64,000 nt of DNA from Neoechinorhynchus agilis (lineage: Eukaryota; Animalia; Acanthocephala), in contig CM121342.1 in the NCBI GenBank assembly GCA_051530055.1, positions 8,757,480-8,821,479 on the forward strand. The letters are read 5' to 3'. The notes beneath the pieces were generated by a model. That model had not been told where the DNA came from. It saw nothing but the letters and a program-made list of their open reading frames with translations, and ran no database searches. The translations under genes and the position numbers were made by a program. Shown piece by piece: positions 45,401 through 60,276 of this stretch; within the stretch, counting starts at the first letter, position 1; every line of letters starts with the position of its first letter.

Positions 45401-48089
45401 ATCGGGGAGGTTAATATGGTTGCAACTATGAATAAACAATTTTGCAAGGAGAAATTTGTATTGATGAAAAATAACGTGACTGCATGATAAAAATTCTATT
45501 GAAAATCAATGTTTTTACTTTTTAGATTGAAGATGATAAAAAATGTACAATTTTTAGTGAAGAAGATTGAAAGTAAGGAGCGATGTCATAATGGTGGCAT
45601 ATTTAGATCGATTCAATGATTTTTCACGGGTATAATGCGAATCGTAAAATCCGACGTCTAAAACCTACAAAAGGCATTTGGTTTAAAAAAATTGCAAAAA
45701 ACGTCTGCAATCCATTAAAAAAAGCCTGGATCATATTAGTCCTGGAAACTAAAAGTACAGAACGTAGCTTTATAACATTGCGAAGAATTGTACCAAATCT
45801 TTCACAAAACGCGACATTCTCATAAGAATAAATGATCGAAATAATTTGATTTATTGCCTTTAGCTTAACGTTATCTCACGAAATTCTTCGTTTTAAGAAT
45901 CCTTCAACGGATGATTTGGATGTACAACAACTACGGCATACCGAGAAATCCTTCTATAACCCAACGATGGAATGGTGTGTACCACATTAACGGCATCCCG
46001 ACAAATCCTTCGTTTCAAAGAATCCCCCCACCCCAACGAAGGATTGGGATGCCCAAGAATACGGCATCCTGAGAAATCCGTAGTTATATTTGTCGCTCCT
46101 TTGAAACTTTCAAAGCTTAGGTTGATTTTAATAAATTGATGAAAACTTGTCATAGCGACCACGTTCTTCTTTTCTTCGGACATTACCCTTCTTTTTTGTG
46201 AAGCTTTTACCGCAGATTTTAAATCGGCTTTTCCTTGATTTGTTTCCTCCGTGGTTAACATTTTACCACTCTATTTGCTGCCAAAGAAAACAGCACGTTT
46301 TCTGGATTGTCCAATCGGAATAAAGTCCTCCATTTTCTTAAATAATTTATCGACACGACCCGTGTTTCTTATATTTTCCGGATTTTTTCGATCGCTTTCA
46401 ATGTTTCCATCCAAATTATAGTTTCGAACATCACTTCTCGAAATTTCTCCTTGAATCATCGAAATCAATATCCTATTAATCATCGGGTGTTTGGGAGTGG
46501 CGTATTTTTTACCGATAATAATTTTTAACCGGCAGCAGAGGTCTTTGGTACTCAATTCGATTTCATTGGACGGGTATGAGGACCTTTTTGAGCATTCGAC
46601 AGATTATTTGCCATCTCGAACAGAATATTGATTAGTCCGGATTCTATTACTTCATTCGGATTCGTCTTGCACAATAACATCTCGTATAAAACGCTGTTAG
46701 TCAGTTCAACGCTCTTAGCCCTTCGCTGATTGTCTAATAGACGAAGAAGTCTTTGTTGAAGGGCTAAGAATTCGGAACGCTTCGATTGACATTCTCGTTT
46801 TTGTGTGTAGCTGGCTTTCGTGTCCATTAAACGGCTGCTCGCTTAGGGTTGCCGAATTTGAACGAAGTCAAATCGACCGTTGTTATAACGTTTTGGAATT
46901 AAAAACTATTGAATATTTCTCTCTAATCAAAATAGCAACAAATAAGCAAATACTCACAAAGAAAAGTCAAAAATGAATGTCTGAGCTAACGTTTTGAGTC
47001 GATTCTATAAAAGTTTCTGAGCAATTCCAGGTTTTCGAATCCCTAGGATTTTTACATAATTATTGCATGTTAACAAAAATTTTTAATAAATCGTCAAAGA
47101 TTTAAATTGTAGAAAAGTTGAAAGGTTCAGCATTTTTATAATTAAGCAGGACAACTTTACAAACTTTTAGCTTAAATGTTCTTCGAAAGTGAGTTTGCAT
47201 TCTGAATTATTCGTGGTTTAAATCTTTCTTACATAAAAGAGATCTACATTTATTCTTGCACAAGCTCTCGTGCTTTATTACAAACGGAGGAGTGTTCAAG
47301 TCGGCGACAGACGGTCTTATTTTGAACGATTCACTTCTTGGTGTCCTGCATCGATGTGCGAAATGCTCCCTGTTAGACAGAAAGCACTGAATTCTGTATA
47401 CCTCGTATATCGGATCAGTGTGCCTCTTCTTTAAAATGTATCCGAGGAAACGAATTCCCGTTTTTTGCTTCATTACTCGAAAATACCGGAAATCTTACAG
47501 AACACGTTAATTCTAATCAATCAAATGGAGAAATTGAATTTTAAAAAACATCGTGGGATCTATTAAACATTCCGTCGTTGAAGTGTTATTTTTAGAAAAA
47601 TTGGCTGCTAAAAGCGTCCAATTTTTCGAAACTTAAGAAAAGCAAATTGCTTAGCAAGAAGATGCACGATTGGCATCGAAACATAATAAACTAATAAATT
47701 GAATGAACAAGTTGAATCTACTCAAAAGTTAGAAGTTAATGAAGATTGCATTGTTGATTATCCGCCAACTGTATTCGCAAAGAACTAATCAAGTCGTTCA
47801 AAAGTAGGCAAACTGATTCAATCAATTGCGGATAATTGATTACGATCAATTGCGAACACTTCTATTAAGGAAGTTGTTCTTCAAGAAGATGTACAAAAGG
47901 CGCCTGAGCAAAATTTAAACGCCCTGTCAATTTTTGAACCTGAACGAAATTTGACTGTTAAAGTTCCACTAAACTTGTCCGGAGCAGACTGAAACGAATT
48001 ATAGAAGCAATAGGGGATAATTCTAACCAATTAAGTGAGAATATTAAGAAAATTGCTTTTCTAGAAAATGGTCAAATTGTGTCGCATGA

Positions 48090-48900
48090 AGATTGTCACG
48101 AGAGCCTGCAAACGATCGATGCGCGATTATCACACCCACGCACACGCAATCAATCAATGCTCAATTTCAATGTTTTCGCAACCTGTTGCTGCGGAGGAGG
48201 GTGCATATGGCCACCCAATACTCATGACTTATCTTCGACTGAGAGAACTAAAACTCTTTCAAGCGATCAAGACGACCCCAAATATATAGATCGACCTACA
48301 AAAAGATGGCTTCACACGGTCATTCTAACATCAAACCCAATCTGGTCCAGAGAAATAATGCATCAAAGACTCATAACTCCTTGGCTCAGAACGATTAAAG
48401 ACGACCGAGAACGAATAAAGTCCATCTCCTATTTCGCCGGCAAAATCAAAATTCATTTCGTCGGTAACAACTATGAAAAACAGTTCGTGGATTTCGTTGA
48501 CAAACACTGCGATAAAAGTGTTCACCTTCCTAGTGTCCGGCCTATCACCACATATTGATTCCGAAGATCGATAGGATTCCGAGCGAAAATTTGGATGTAA
48601 GATTCTGTTCTTTCTAAAATCAAGAAAATCAGGAGCACGCATCCCGCATTCCGTCGTTAAAGCGGCAGTGGACGTTTGGGATCAGCTAACATCAAGACGG
48701 TGCTTTTTCCAAGCTATGCAAATTAAGTTCATCGCCAATGAAATTTCGAACTATGATGATTACCACTATCCAAGGTGCAATTGCTGCCAGAAATGGGGTC
48801 ACTGGGCGCAGAAATGCCCTATCAAGCGAACTATTTGCCCCTTCTGTGCAGAGGAACATTACAGTGAAAACTGCCCCGAAACAACTCGTATCGCACTTTT
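48090..48900 (+). mobile_element. LINE gag-like ORF1 fragment (third member of the 4891/6818 family)
   Basis: IKSISYFAGKIKIHF aligns with LKGSITYYAGTLRIY (5226). Zinc knuckles PRCNCCQKWGHWAQKC and CPFCAEEHYSENC. Confidence 0.82.
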
Positions 48901-51585
48901 GATTAAATTCGGGTGTTTTTTTATGAACTTCAGTGTTCAAACTAAATGTAGAGATTAAAGAAGCCACCAAAACAGTTTATGCAAATGAAATCAGCTTCAA
49001 AAGTTGATCAAGAAAAGGTTATTCGGAAATTCAGCACAGTATGGCCATACACATCTTCATCTCATGGATTCCCGAAATCATAACATTATCCAAATTAGAC
49101 ATTCAGAAACACTACATTCATCACCTTAACATCGCCTGTCGACAGCTCGTTGCCGAGTCCTTCGTTCTCTTTCCTTCCCCGGTCTCCGTCCACCGCATCC
49201 ATGACGACAAACCACTTCTTGTTGTGCTCATTGTTGAAATGTCAAATGAATGGAAGTGACCGAGTTGTTGCACAGACAAATCTATTTTTGCCGTGTTCAA
49301 CTTCTGATGACTTTTGGCAATGTTGAACATTGTTATAAAGTAGCGATTGTTTAACTATTTTCTAATATATAAAGAAGAAAGCGAAAATGTAACCAGGGAT
49401 AAGGAGGGCGGACACTTAACGTCTTATGTTCACGAACAACATGATGTATACTTTCACTATTCAAATTGTCTAATTTTGTTTCTTAGCATAAAGTACCATT
49501 TTCGATCTTTAGAAATCTTGGATTAAGATTTCCGGTGATCATTTTGTTTGGAATTCTAAAGTCTGCTTTGGTTATTAAACCAATTAGTAATAAAATATAT
49601 CTGTAATGACCAGCAACAGAAAAACAATATCGATAATGGGAGTTACCTTTTTTCCCTACCTGGCTTATTAATGGTCGCCATCAGTGGCAATGAGCCACAA
49701 CAGAGTTCAAGGTAAATATATGTAAAAATACGCTTAGTATTTAATCGGTTTGTCACAATCGAACGTCTTATTAAGAATGTTGAAATAGCTCAAAATCGAT
49801 CCGAAAGAGGACCGGGGTGCTGCACTTCGTTACTCGGAATTCATACAAAACTAAAGTTAAACTCGAAGATCTGAGAAATAAAGACAACGGTAATGTACTA
49901 TTTGTTCCAATAAAGTATCAACGATCCATAGAAAGAGCTTCAATCAAGGAAATATTAAACAAACCACATAAATAATCGATATTACCGTTGCAGATATTAG
50001 TTTCAGTCGATCATTTACTAAATGGCAAAATATTTTAGGTTCGATCGCAAAATATAGCTTTACTTAACAAATATTAGGCACCAAAATATTCGTGATTACT
50101 CGCATCTTTATAACTTTATAACTAAATCCTCAATTGATCCTGCAGTTAAGTCTTCCAAATAACTGTTTCCAAATTTTAAATCTCAGCTCTATTCAGATAT
50201 TATAAAGGATCATGAACGATAAAACCGAACCAAACAAAGTCACCTTAAAGCAGATGTCTCCTTCGCCCTTTGATTTACAAGCATTTATTAGCAGTAATCC
50301 GGAATTATTAAGTAGCATTCCTGCCACCGATCAAATGGAAAGAACAGCTACGACGAAGCTTAAGGACGATTTAGGGAAGATCGTTGACTTCAATGTTTTC
50401 GGTAAACTACATTCTGGACGATCACGAAAAGATCTGGATAAGAAGGAAACGAAAAACCTCGGCAATGAAGAGTTAGTTTAATGACAAGATGACGGCCGGT
50501 ATTAGAGAACGAAAAATCAATAACAATCACTTGAAACAACCGGTAAACAAAAAAATCTAAGATTATAAAGGAACAAACTCATCTTAATCTGCCATCAATA
50601 ACGATGAGCAATAACAATATTAAAAATGAAGCCATGTTAAATTACACTTGGTATTTAATCGGCTTGTCACAATCGCCCGCCTCATTGAGAATGTTGCAAC
50701 AGCTCAATACGATCTTACAATACATTCGAAAGTGGATAAGGGAACGGAACTTATTGACAGAAAATCCATTAAGTTAGACATTTCAGTAGTAAAGGTAATT
50801 TCGGAATAAAATATTCACATTCACCCAGGCATTTGATAAAGTTACTCAAAAACATTAATATACAGTTTTAGAGTGATCAAATTCTTTTTTTGTGGTACTC
50901 CTCCAGTGTGCAATAATCAGATCCGAAATCTTCGGGTTCAAAGATTCTAAACTTCATAAGTTCTTTTCTAAGAAAATGATCATATTCGAGATTCAAGAAA
51001 TGAGGAAACGTATCGAAAAATACAAGAGACAATTAGCTTCATTACGTGGATTTGCGATACGTAACTTAGAAGATATCATAAGAGTTAATCAGTACGCCAA
51101 TTTACAAATCTCACTTGGTGAACAATATATATAAACCAACTACACCAGTAAACTTGAACAATTATAGCCTAAAGCAGTCGAACGGCATGGTCACATCGTG
51201 AATAAATCTAAGCACAAATTCTCCGAAAGTGAATTGAACTCGTATCCTTATTTACTGGCAATACTTAAAGTGATTTAATGATCAAGAATTACAAAACGAT
51301 CCGTTCATCTTAAAAAAATAATTTATATGAAACCTTTTTTCTTACAAAACGTTAATAGTTTTTATTTTACGCTTTTTTGGGTTGACAACGATAAAAAATA
51401 TTGGAAATATTACAATATTGTTTGTGTAATTTTAAAAGACCGAAAATTATACGATCACTACAATAGTTGCAAATGATTAAAACGTATCAAGTGATAAATT
51501 AAGATCGATAGAAAATCCTTCCCGTTAGTCAAAGTATAATTTTGGTGAACATACTCCCGGTCATGACTTATCTGATTTTGATTTA

Positions 51586-52625
51586 TTGGAAATATTTCGC
51601 AAGGTAACCTCGTATCATCAGTCATCTAAAAATGAGTTTTACACATTAAGGTTTTAAGCTCGAGTGCGCGGGATCGCCAAACCCGAAGTTCGGGGACCAA
51701 TTATCCGCTAGAACCCCCCTGTGCTGTACTACTTTTTTCCCATGATTTTAGCATTGATTTTTAACACGTCGATGGCTAGAAGTTTCAAGCTAATATTAGT
51801 TTTATTTGCTTCCATTGTGTTGGACACAACGATATGTAAGGCCTCCAAAACAAGCCGTCTTTTTAAGTTTTGCTCTATTTCTATAAAGTGGGTGCCACCA
51901 AAATCCGCTCGATGCTTACATGTCGTTTGATGATTAGAGATTATCGACGAATGCTCAAATCGACTACAAACTTGCTTAAGTTGAGCGAACCACTTCTCAA
52001 TGCCTTGCATCGTTTGTCCGATAGACTAGTCGGCTCAATTTTACCCTTCTTCTTGAAAATGCTTCTGAGAGCGATTCCTTTAGTATTGTATAGACGAATT
52101 CCAGCCTTCTTATTCATAATGGAGTAAATCATTTGATTCCTGTCATCATCAATGAAGTGCACTCTTTCGAAGCATACAGGCTCTGCAGAAGATTTGTTGT
52201 TGTTATGCGGATGGTACTTACTGCCTCTGATTTCCCGGTCTATAATCCATTTGGGATGTACCCTCATTTTCAACTTCTGTACTATCCTCTCCCTTTCCCT
52301 AATCCATGCAAATCGAGTAGATGAGATAAGAGTAGCTCTTCGGAAGTAGGACGTGACAGCCGAGATTTTATACCTCATCGGTTGGTGACTTGACCAGTGT
52401 GGTGGTCCCTATGGTAAGTTCTCCTTGCGATAAAGTGAAGTGCTAACTTTGCCTTGTGCAGAAAGCTTGACAAGGACGTCCAGGAACGAGACTTCATCAT
52501 TTATGTCCTCTTCATTGACTGTAAACTGTATGTGTGGATCTTGACTGTTAAGTTCACCATTTAGAGAATCTCTGTTGTTGTTTGAATCAGTCAGAATCAG
52601 TCAGAATGAATACATTGTCCACATC
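51586..52625 (-). mobile_element. Penelope-like element 3' half (RT thumb, decayed GIY-YIG, 3' hammerhead remnant)
   Basis: DVDNVF..LNSQDPHIQFTV..VSFLDVLV..STSLYRK, YKISAVTSYFRRA and SIISNH..KRRLVLEALHI..NTMEANK. CTGATGA..GAAA lies at 51586-51627. Confidence 0.9.
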
Positions 52626-54439
52626 TCAATTTTACCCTTCTTGAATGTGCTTCTGAGAGCGATTGTGCTAATAACGGGTGTTTATTGATGAGATTATAGA
52701 TAGCGAAGAGCGCAAGAAGTTTCTATCCGTGAGTTAAGGTAAGGCTCACTTTTAAAAGAACATCAAAACAGTATCGATTTTCGCTAACGAACTCTCACTG
52801 CGAAAAACAGCTTTCTAACTTTCACTTCTATCTCGAAACAATTTACAGTAAGTTCCGGCCTCAGGCCAAAGCCCAATGACGAGTACAGTGTCCGATCGGA
52901 CGCTTCAGAGGGCGACGAAAAAGATTAAAGAAAATTTTTTGTATCCATCGATGAAGATTTTTGTTTGTTTCAATACCACGATTGGGGATGAAAATGGACT
53001 TTGAAGATGTCAATGTGATCGCGAAGCATCGACATCTTGAAGGAAATGAATTTACATTTCCAAAAACCAATTCTTGCATTTATGCAAAAAGTTTTATAGC
53101 TTTAGCTTTTCGCCAGAGCGATTACATTAACGTTTCATTTGACTTTGCTTCTTCAACAAACTCTAAAGGTCCTTACAATTTAGTGCTAAAGTTATTTGCT
53201 GCTGTTAAAAAAATACATTATTTCCTCCGCTCGAACGCTTTCGAGTGTACCATGAATAAAAATTTATGCCAATTTTAACGAATTATTAATAAAAAGCCTT
53301 ATTATCCTTCTACAGATCGAAACCAAATCAATAACAAATCATTATTTTTGCATTTTTTCATGTCGACCAGAAATTAATGTTCAAACGATGAATTAAACTC
53401 GTTAAAACGACCAAGTGACGGAATTAATGGATACGGACAAATACATGGATGGACCTTTCATTCCTGAATTGCGTCATGAACACCTCGGGAACATACAACA
53501 AAAACCTCTAGATCGTGCGAATTCAAGCGATTCACATATCCATGGTAGGGAAGGGGGTATAAAGGAGTCTAAATAGAGGACCGGGAAGGTCCCGCTCGAC
53601 TGTTGGAGGCCACTAGTTTTCATAATTGTTCCATAATCCATCTAAGGATGCTATCAATTGCTTTGACTGTAGATGCATTTTTAGTAGGGGATGCAAATCC
53701 CGATGACTGTGTCAAATGTTTAAGGACCGATTAATGGGGATCATTGAATTATTCCCTAAATGGATCATTTGGAGTTTCTTGGCGCAGCAACGCTTTACAA
53801 GACATGAGGCAGGGCGCGGATCACATTAAAGTCACTGCTTTTAGGCTTTCTTTAAAAATGGTTTTTCGTATGATTGCAACAAGCTAAAAAATTCGTACAT
53901 ATAATGGCTAAAGTATTGGAGTACTTCGGTTTGACGTGAGTCCCGATGCAAAGTAGACACCTAGGTTCATGTTCGCATGCTGAAGCATAATAAAACATAT
54001 CTAAGAAAATAGTCATGGTGTAATCGAAGATGGTTTCCCGGAGTTTCAAAAAGGTGAACCGGTGAAAATTTATTATTCTACCCGAGCCGCATATGGATTC
54101 CGCGATGTCAAGAGTCACAGAGTACAAAATGACGGTTGGCAGTTGGGCGTTAGGAAGAGCAAAATATTTAATTGGCTTCGAACGAACATAAAATATTCTG
54201 TAACTTCAACAATACCCAAGAAATTCATCCGGACATCCAATCGTGACGCACCATGGACAACCTCCATCTTGAAACTCCTTCAAAATAAAGATTCTAATGC
54301 AAATCGCAATAAATCTATTGACTTTACCCGTTTAAAAATTACTGTTTCACAAAATACTTGTTGCCCACTTCCTTTCCTCCAAAATTCGTTCAGGTGCAAA
54401 TTCAACATGGTGGTGGGCTGTTGATGATGGTTCCCAGCT

Positions 54440-55016
54440 TTTCGAGTGCCAGGTTCTTATGTTGGAAGGCAGATCTTCGTATTTCGCTCATGTGGGATGT
54501 TTAATATTACTGTATCACGAATCCGCATCTCGGTAGCTTTTTGCTCATCTTGCACTTCCGATTTAAAAAAATTGCATCCTATTGACACGTCCCATAGCTC
54601 TGATATCCAATCCTTATAACCTTGTCCTGGTTTCATTTGGGTCTTACTAAAACGATATCGTGCAGCTACCTCGTGTACTTGTTTCAACTCTTCGAAAGAG
54701 CAATCACTGGGTTTTCTCGTGCCCAAACTTTTCCGAACCTTTGCATAAATCTGCGGACTGGTCCACGCCAACAAGCAAGCCTGCATTACGTCTTAGGTTT
54801 CAACCCCGCACACGTCTCACTATCAAGATCGAAAGACCGAAACACTTGTATATCTCTATGCTTTTGCTCGATTCTATTTTCGCCCAGCTTTGTTTGTCCC
54901 ATTGGTTTAATCATCAATTCCAGCAACTCATGTTGCTTCTCTATGAGGGACTGCATCATTGAGATCCTACTCTCGTCATCAAATGTCGTGCTCTGATCTG
55001 TGTTAGGTGAACGCAT
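54440..55016 (-). mobile_element. Ty3/Gypsy gag fragment
   Basis: LLAW..PQIYAKVRKSLGTRKPSDCSFEELK..AARYRF..KPGQGYKDWISELW..CNF..RIRD, a typical invertebrate Gypsy gag pattern. Confidence 0.8.
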
Positions 55017-56291
55017 ATATATTTAACAACGAACACACGCTCACAGTATAACAAGGCACCAAGTGCCAAATAATTACCATGTGACGACACCGTCAATCGT
55101 TATATTACTACATTATTACAGTTTTGTTGCTATCCCGCACGTAAAGCATCGTATTGAAAAGCGATACCTTATTGTGGTTAAGGGATAACATTTCTGGCCT
55201 GTTTTATACGAATCTAAGAATTCGAAGAGGCAACAGAGATGCGTATCTCCTTTAATGAGAATTTAAGTACTCTCATGCCACACATATACATCAAGGATTT
55301 ATTATATATAAATTTGCAGAAGAGATCGTCGTTCTCTGTAGATCGTCTTTGTGATCCGCTAAAAGAACGATGTCGTCTTCATGGAAGAAGTACGATAGCT
55401 TCTCCTCCCTCGCCGAAGGTGCAGTCGAGTTTAGAATCATGTAAGGATTTGGCTAGGTAATCCAGGCATAGAGCAAATAGAAAAGGTGAAAGCGGGGCTC
55501 GCTGCTTATCTTCTTTGTGAAAACCCTGCGCTGTTTACTCGCGCTTCAATGAGTTTCTTCACTTTAACATTCAGAGCACTGGGCAGAAGTCATAGTGCAG
55601 CAACACTGATTACAGCTATCGCAATGCTTTGTTTTAATTAAACAGTTGGATTCTCTTGTCCATACCAGTTCTAGGCTACGTTTCGAACCTACAAACTGAT
55701 GATGAACCAGACGAGGTTAGGAACGTTTTTAATAAAAAGTTATTAACCGAGCTAAGAACTGAACAATAATTCAACTAACATCTACATTGCATCCTCCGAA
55801 CCTGAACAACTTAGCAATATAACTGCGATCCAAGGGGAGCTTCCAAGAAGGTTGCTGTCAGAGGGCACAGCTAGTGATTGTTTCTCCAATAAAAATTGGG
55901 TAAATTCTCGAAGCTATCAATATCGATCGAAGAATACATTCATGGTCTAAACTTCTGCGGATTTTGTTACTCAGAGAAGATGACTTAAAAAGGAGTCTTA
56001 ATCGAAGATGATTTGCCGATTTCATAAACAAATTCTTAGAATTAAATTTTCATCTGCGACTAAAGTCGCGTAGAATGATAGAGGGTGAATTTTAAAAAAA
56101 TGGAGCGTCAGTCATTTATTCCGGAATATAATGAAAAAAATAAGATCGATTGATTGTCAATAAGATAAGGGACCGCCAATTAACACACCAAGGATATAGA
56201 CAAAGAAAAAAGTCATCTAAAGGAAGTTACTGATACAATAATAACGAGAGAAACAGTTGAGGAAACGCGTTCAAATATTCAAAAACACGGT

Positions 56292-59200
56292 GATGCATTT
56301 CTGAAATCTAATAACGATAAAAAAAGTTTTAGTTGCATTCAATCGATCGACAAACCAATTGGCACCGATCGTCACCATCGTAGAGCTTATCAAATATTTC
56401 TTGCTTTAGGGCAATTATGAACCGCTTTTTTCGAGACCTTAGTATTATGACGATATCCTGCACAGCGTATTACAATACTCCCTCGAATACACTCTTCTGG
56501 TCATCGGAATGCTCGTCTACATCTCAGTTGCTACACACTTATAATCTTTATTCCTTACATTGCGTTCACCGTGCTGATGCGACAATTTTATATCGGATGT
56601 GGGCCGAACGTGAAACAGACCGCAGTAATTTCACGAACTCCAATATTCTCTCGTTTAAATGCAGTTAAGTCGGGTTTATCCGCAACCCGGGCACTTCAGA
56701 TGAGAACATCTTGATCACGCTTCTCGGACCTACAACCTTCACCTTTTTTACACAATGATGATTCCAACTACGACTAGAAATCTTTTCTGACGTTTTCAAT
56801 CCGTCATTGACACCGGACCCGCAATCCAGTCCGGATCCATCATCCACTCCGAATCCGTCAAATGAGGACCCAAAGGTACATGGGTCCTCTTTGTGAATCA
56901 CAAATAAAACGTGTTATTATAACGGCCACATCCATAATCTTTATATTCCTAAATACCACTGCATCGAATGCAGAATCATCTCGTTTACCAGCCAGGGATA
57001 AACGTGATCATCAAATCCAAATTTTTATAAAATTGTTCAATTCTATTAATAACACATTCCACTCTGACAACACAAATGACCCCTTCATGGCCATGATCTC
57101 CCTTACCTCAATCATAAAAAAGTCCCTATCTACGGCAATACCCAAGAAATTCATTAGAATCTCCATCCGGGACCCACCATGAATAACTCCCCCATTTCGA
57201 AACTTCTTCAAAGGCAAGCTTTTAAGGCCCATCGCAATAACTCTCCAGATTTTCCCCGTTTACGAATTGCTCTAACTAACAAAATACTTATAACCCGTAA
57301 AAAGATTCTTCCAAAATTCGTTCTGGTGGCAATTCAACATGGTGACGGGCCGTCAAAGACTTTCATGGTCGACGCCACCCGGATCCCTTCCCTAATTTGA
57401 CATCCACTGAATTGAAACAGTTTCTAGATTTCGTTAATCAGAACCTCTGCCCCAACTCAATTTACAATCTCTGCTCCATATCAGACACCACACAATCTTT
57501 CACACCCACTTCTGAAACTTTTGTCAACTCGCCGATACTCCCCTTAGTTTCGTAATACGAAGTCCTCCAAGATCTCAAGAAATTATCTCGAAATTCATCC
57601 TTTCAATCCGAATCCCAAACTGGGCTCTTCACAACATCATCCCCGAACTCATCGACACTCTTAACCGCATTACGGTACTTTCCTACGTTGCACCGTAGGT
57701 ATAAGCCCGTCAAATAGAATTAGACTCCGCAAGGGATCTAAAATACACGACAGCAGTCCTGTTATGCGGGCAATTCGCGTCTCTTAAAATGAGGTCATCG
57801 TATGTACGACAGTTCCCTTTGCCCTTGCGATACAATGTCGTTGGCTTCCGGAAAAGGAACTGTTGCACGACCTGTGGGCAAGATGCCTCGGACCGAATTA
57901 TATTGCCCGTGAACTGCAGTCGTCTGCGGCGCAAATATTCACTGGGCGGTTGGACTCCGGCTCTCTTATACAGTGTTTTGTTGGTCACTTTATCTGACTA
58001 TCTGACCTTGAACGCCGCACGTAAGAGGGATGAATGATTTTGGTCCAACTGCCTCGTCGCCGTTGGTGACAGTGTCCAGGTCTCTGCATTGTAGTAGAGA
58101 ATGCTCTCAATTAGAGTCCTGTACAGCTGCGATCGGAGTTCATCTGGCAAAGACTCGCTGTCAAACAGTGGTTTAAGTTGCCCCATTGTTCTCCAAGCTA
58201 TAGCTCTCCGTCGGCTGACATCCGCACTCACCTCAGGAACGACAGCTCCCAGATAGACATACCGCTCTATCTGTTTTAATTGCTCAACGCCATTCGGCCC
58301 TTCGCCAGAGACTTTATGCGCGACATGCGGAATCGTCAAGAATTCCGCTTTTTTCGAGTTGATGGTCAGACCAATCATACTCGCCCTCTCGCACAGTCTA
58401 ATTAGCATGCGTTGAGCTCCTTCGACTGTTGAGGACATCAATACGATGTCGTCGGCATATGCCATGTAGGAGGCGCGTATCTCAGGATATTTGCGACCTC
58501 TTTTATTCAACAGAAGAAATACGTCTTCATCATTCGGCAGTGCCCATCTCATTACCCAATCAAGCACCAAGATGTGGTGGAAAAGCATTCTGTCAAACCG
58601 TCAGCTGTCTTTACGGCGGACCTTGTGTTTTTATATAATGCCATAACGGATGTGACAATGATCGGCGGCATTCCATACTACTTTAAGATACCGCCAATCA
58701 TGGTTCGATTTACCGAATCGAAAGCTCGACGGAAATCAACAAATACCAGCGTCACATCCGTTTGATGAATTCGTGCCTCCTCGAGGATCCTCCTCAAAGC
58801 CAATATGTGATCTGTGGTGCCTCGACCTTTCCTGAAGCCGTTCTGTTCAATTCTTAGAAACGGTTCGAGGATTGGCTAAATTCGGCGTCTCAAAATGCTG
58901 CTGAAAAGTTTTGCCGTGTTGGACATCAAAGTCCTCCACCTTTGTCGAGCAGCATTTCTTAGCCGAGGAAGGAGAGAAGCTCCAATTTTGCGAAAGAAAA
59001 TCCTTAGTCAAGGGTCAACTGGTTCGAATCCGTTACCGCCAATGATGCACAACCAAAGGGGACCAAATACTGCTGAAGTGAGGAAACTCACTGATGAGTC
59101 ATGCCTCCTAGCGAGGTATCTGATTATCCGGAGGAATATACAAACTTTTAACCTTGCATTAGAGAATATGTGGTTATATCACTTCTCTGATGTAATTGGT

Positions 59201-59758
59201 TTGGCTTGATGCCTAAAAGTAAGTCGGACAAAAAGGGGCAGACTAAATTTAATGATGATGAAAACAAAACCGGCTTGCCAGTAAAACTTTAAATGGAATG
59301 CAGCGATCTCCATGAGTCGAAAAACTTGCTTAGTTTGACATTCCGTAGTTGTGTCGGGTGGTCAAGTGGACTAATGCTTTTGCGATCCAAGGGGAGTTTC
59401 CAAGAAGATTGCTGTCAGGGGGCACATGCAGTGATCCTTTCTTCGATAAAAAATTGGGTAAATTATCGAAGCTATCAATATCGATCCAGGAATGCACTCA
59501 TGGTCTAAACTTCTGCGGATTTTGTTACTCAGAGAAGATGGAATTCAGTGCTTTCTGTCTAACAGAGAGCATTTCAGACATCGATGCAGGATACCGAAAG
59601 GTGAATCGTCCAAAATAAGACAGTCTGTCGCCGACTTGAACACCCCTCCGTAATATCATATTATTAGGAAATTCCAAAACATCGAGTCGATTTTGATTGC
59701 ACATTTTTTTAGTCGAGAGGAAACACAAATTTAAGCCTTACATATCGATGTGCCCAAT
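56292..59758. repeat. Direct segmental duplication of ~22850-27610 that lacks 24232-25484
   Basis: Collinear ABCC TMD2, LINE, RTE and Penelope pieces. The junction TTAACCGCATTA|CGGTACTTTCC at ~57672 joins positions 24231 and 25485 of the other copy. Confidence 0.93.
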
Positions 59759-60276
59759 AAATCAATTCCCATTTGGAGGATTGGGCGGCGAAGAAGAAAG
59801 AGCGGAGGTACAGATTTGTGCGAGAAATTGAAGGATGGAAAATGTTGGGGCGACGAATGTTGTAAGTGCGAGTAAAAGGAGAAATGTGTGTGGTAGAAAT
59901 TGAGGCGTAAGAGAATAAAGGCGCTTTGAGTACTTTTGAAAGATTGGAGAGGTTTTTTCTAAAGGCGCAGATTAGAGCGCACCCCTCTTCTGAAATGTAT
60001 TAAGTTTTTGAATTGATTGGAAGAAAAGTTGCAAAAGGTTGGATATCCGTAGGTGAACTTTGGTAGGATGGCGGACATATAAAAAGTACTTTAGGTCTTA
60101 AAATGATAATCCAAGAAATTGGAGGCGTTTAAGAAGATAGAGTTTAAAGGACCCTTTATGCAACAAAATTGATATGTGCTTGTCCCACTTTAGATTTTTC
60201 TGAAAATGAAGATCAAGTATACGAACAGAGAAGACGATTGATAGGATAAATCAAATTGCGAAAGATGCACCTTTAG

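Noticed and set aside
49020-49330. GC-richer island with VHRIHDDKPL, recalling the Penelope motif PKIHK..PLRP
   Set aside because: The similarity is too weak and no neighbouring RT motif supports it.
53480-54130. Possible APE endonuclease and zinc-knuckle remnants on the minus strand
   Set aside because: Only partial motifs (FNDP..PT..IDSIL; CLLCIGTH), too degraded to call.
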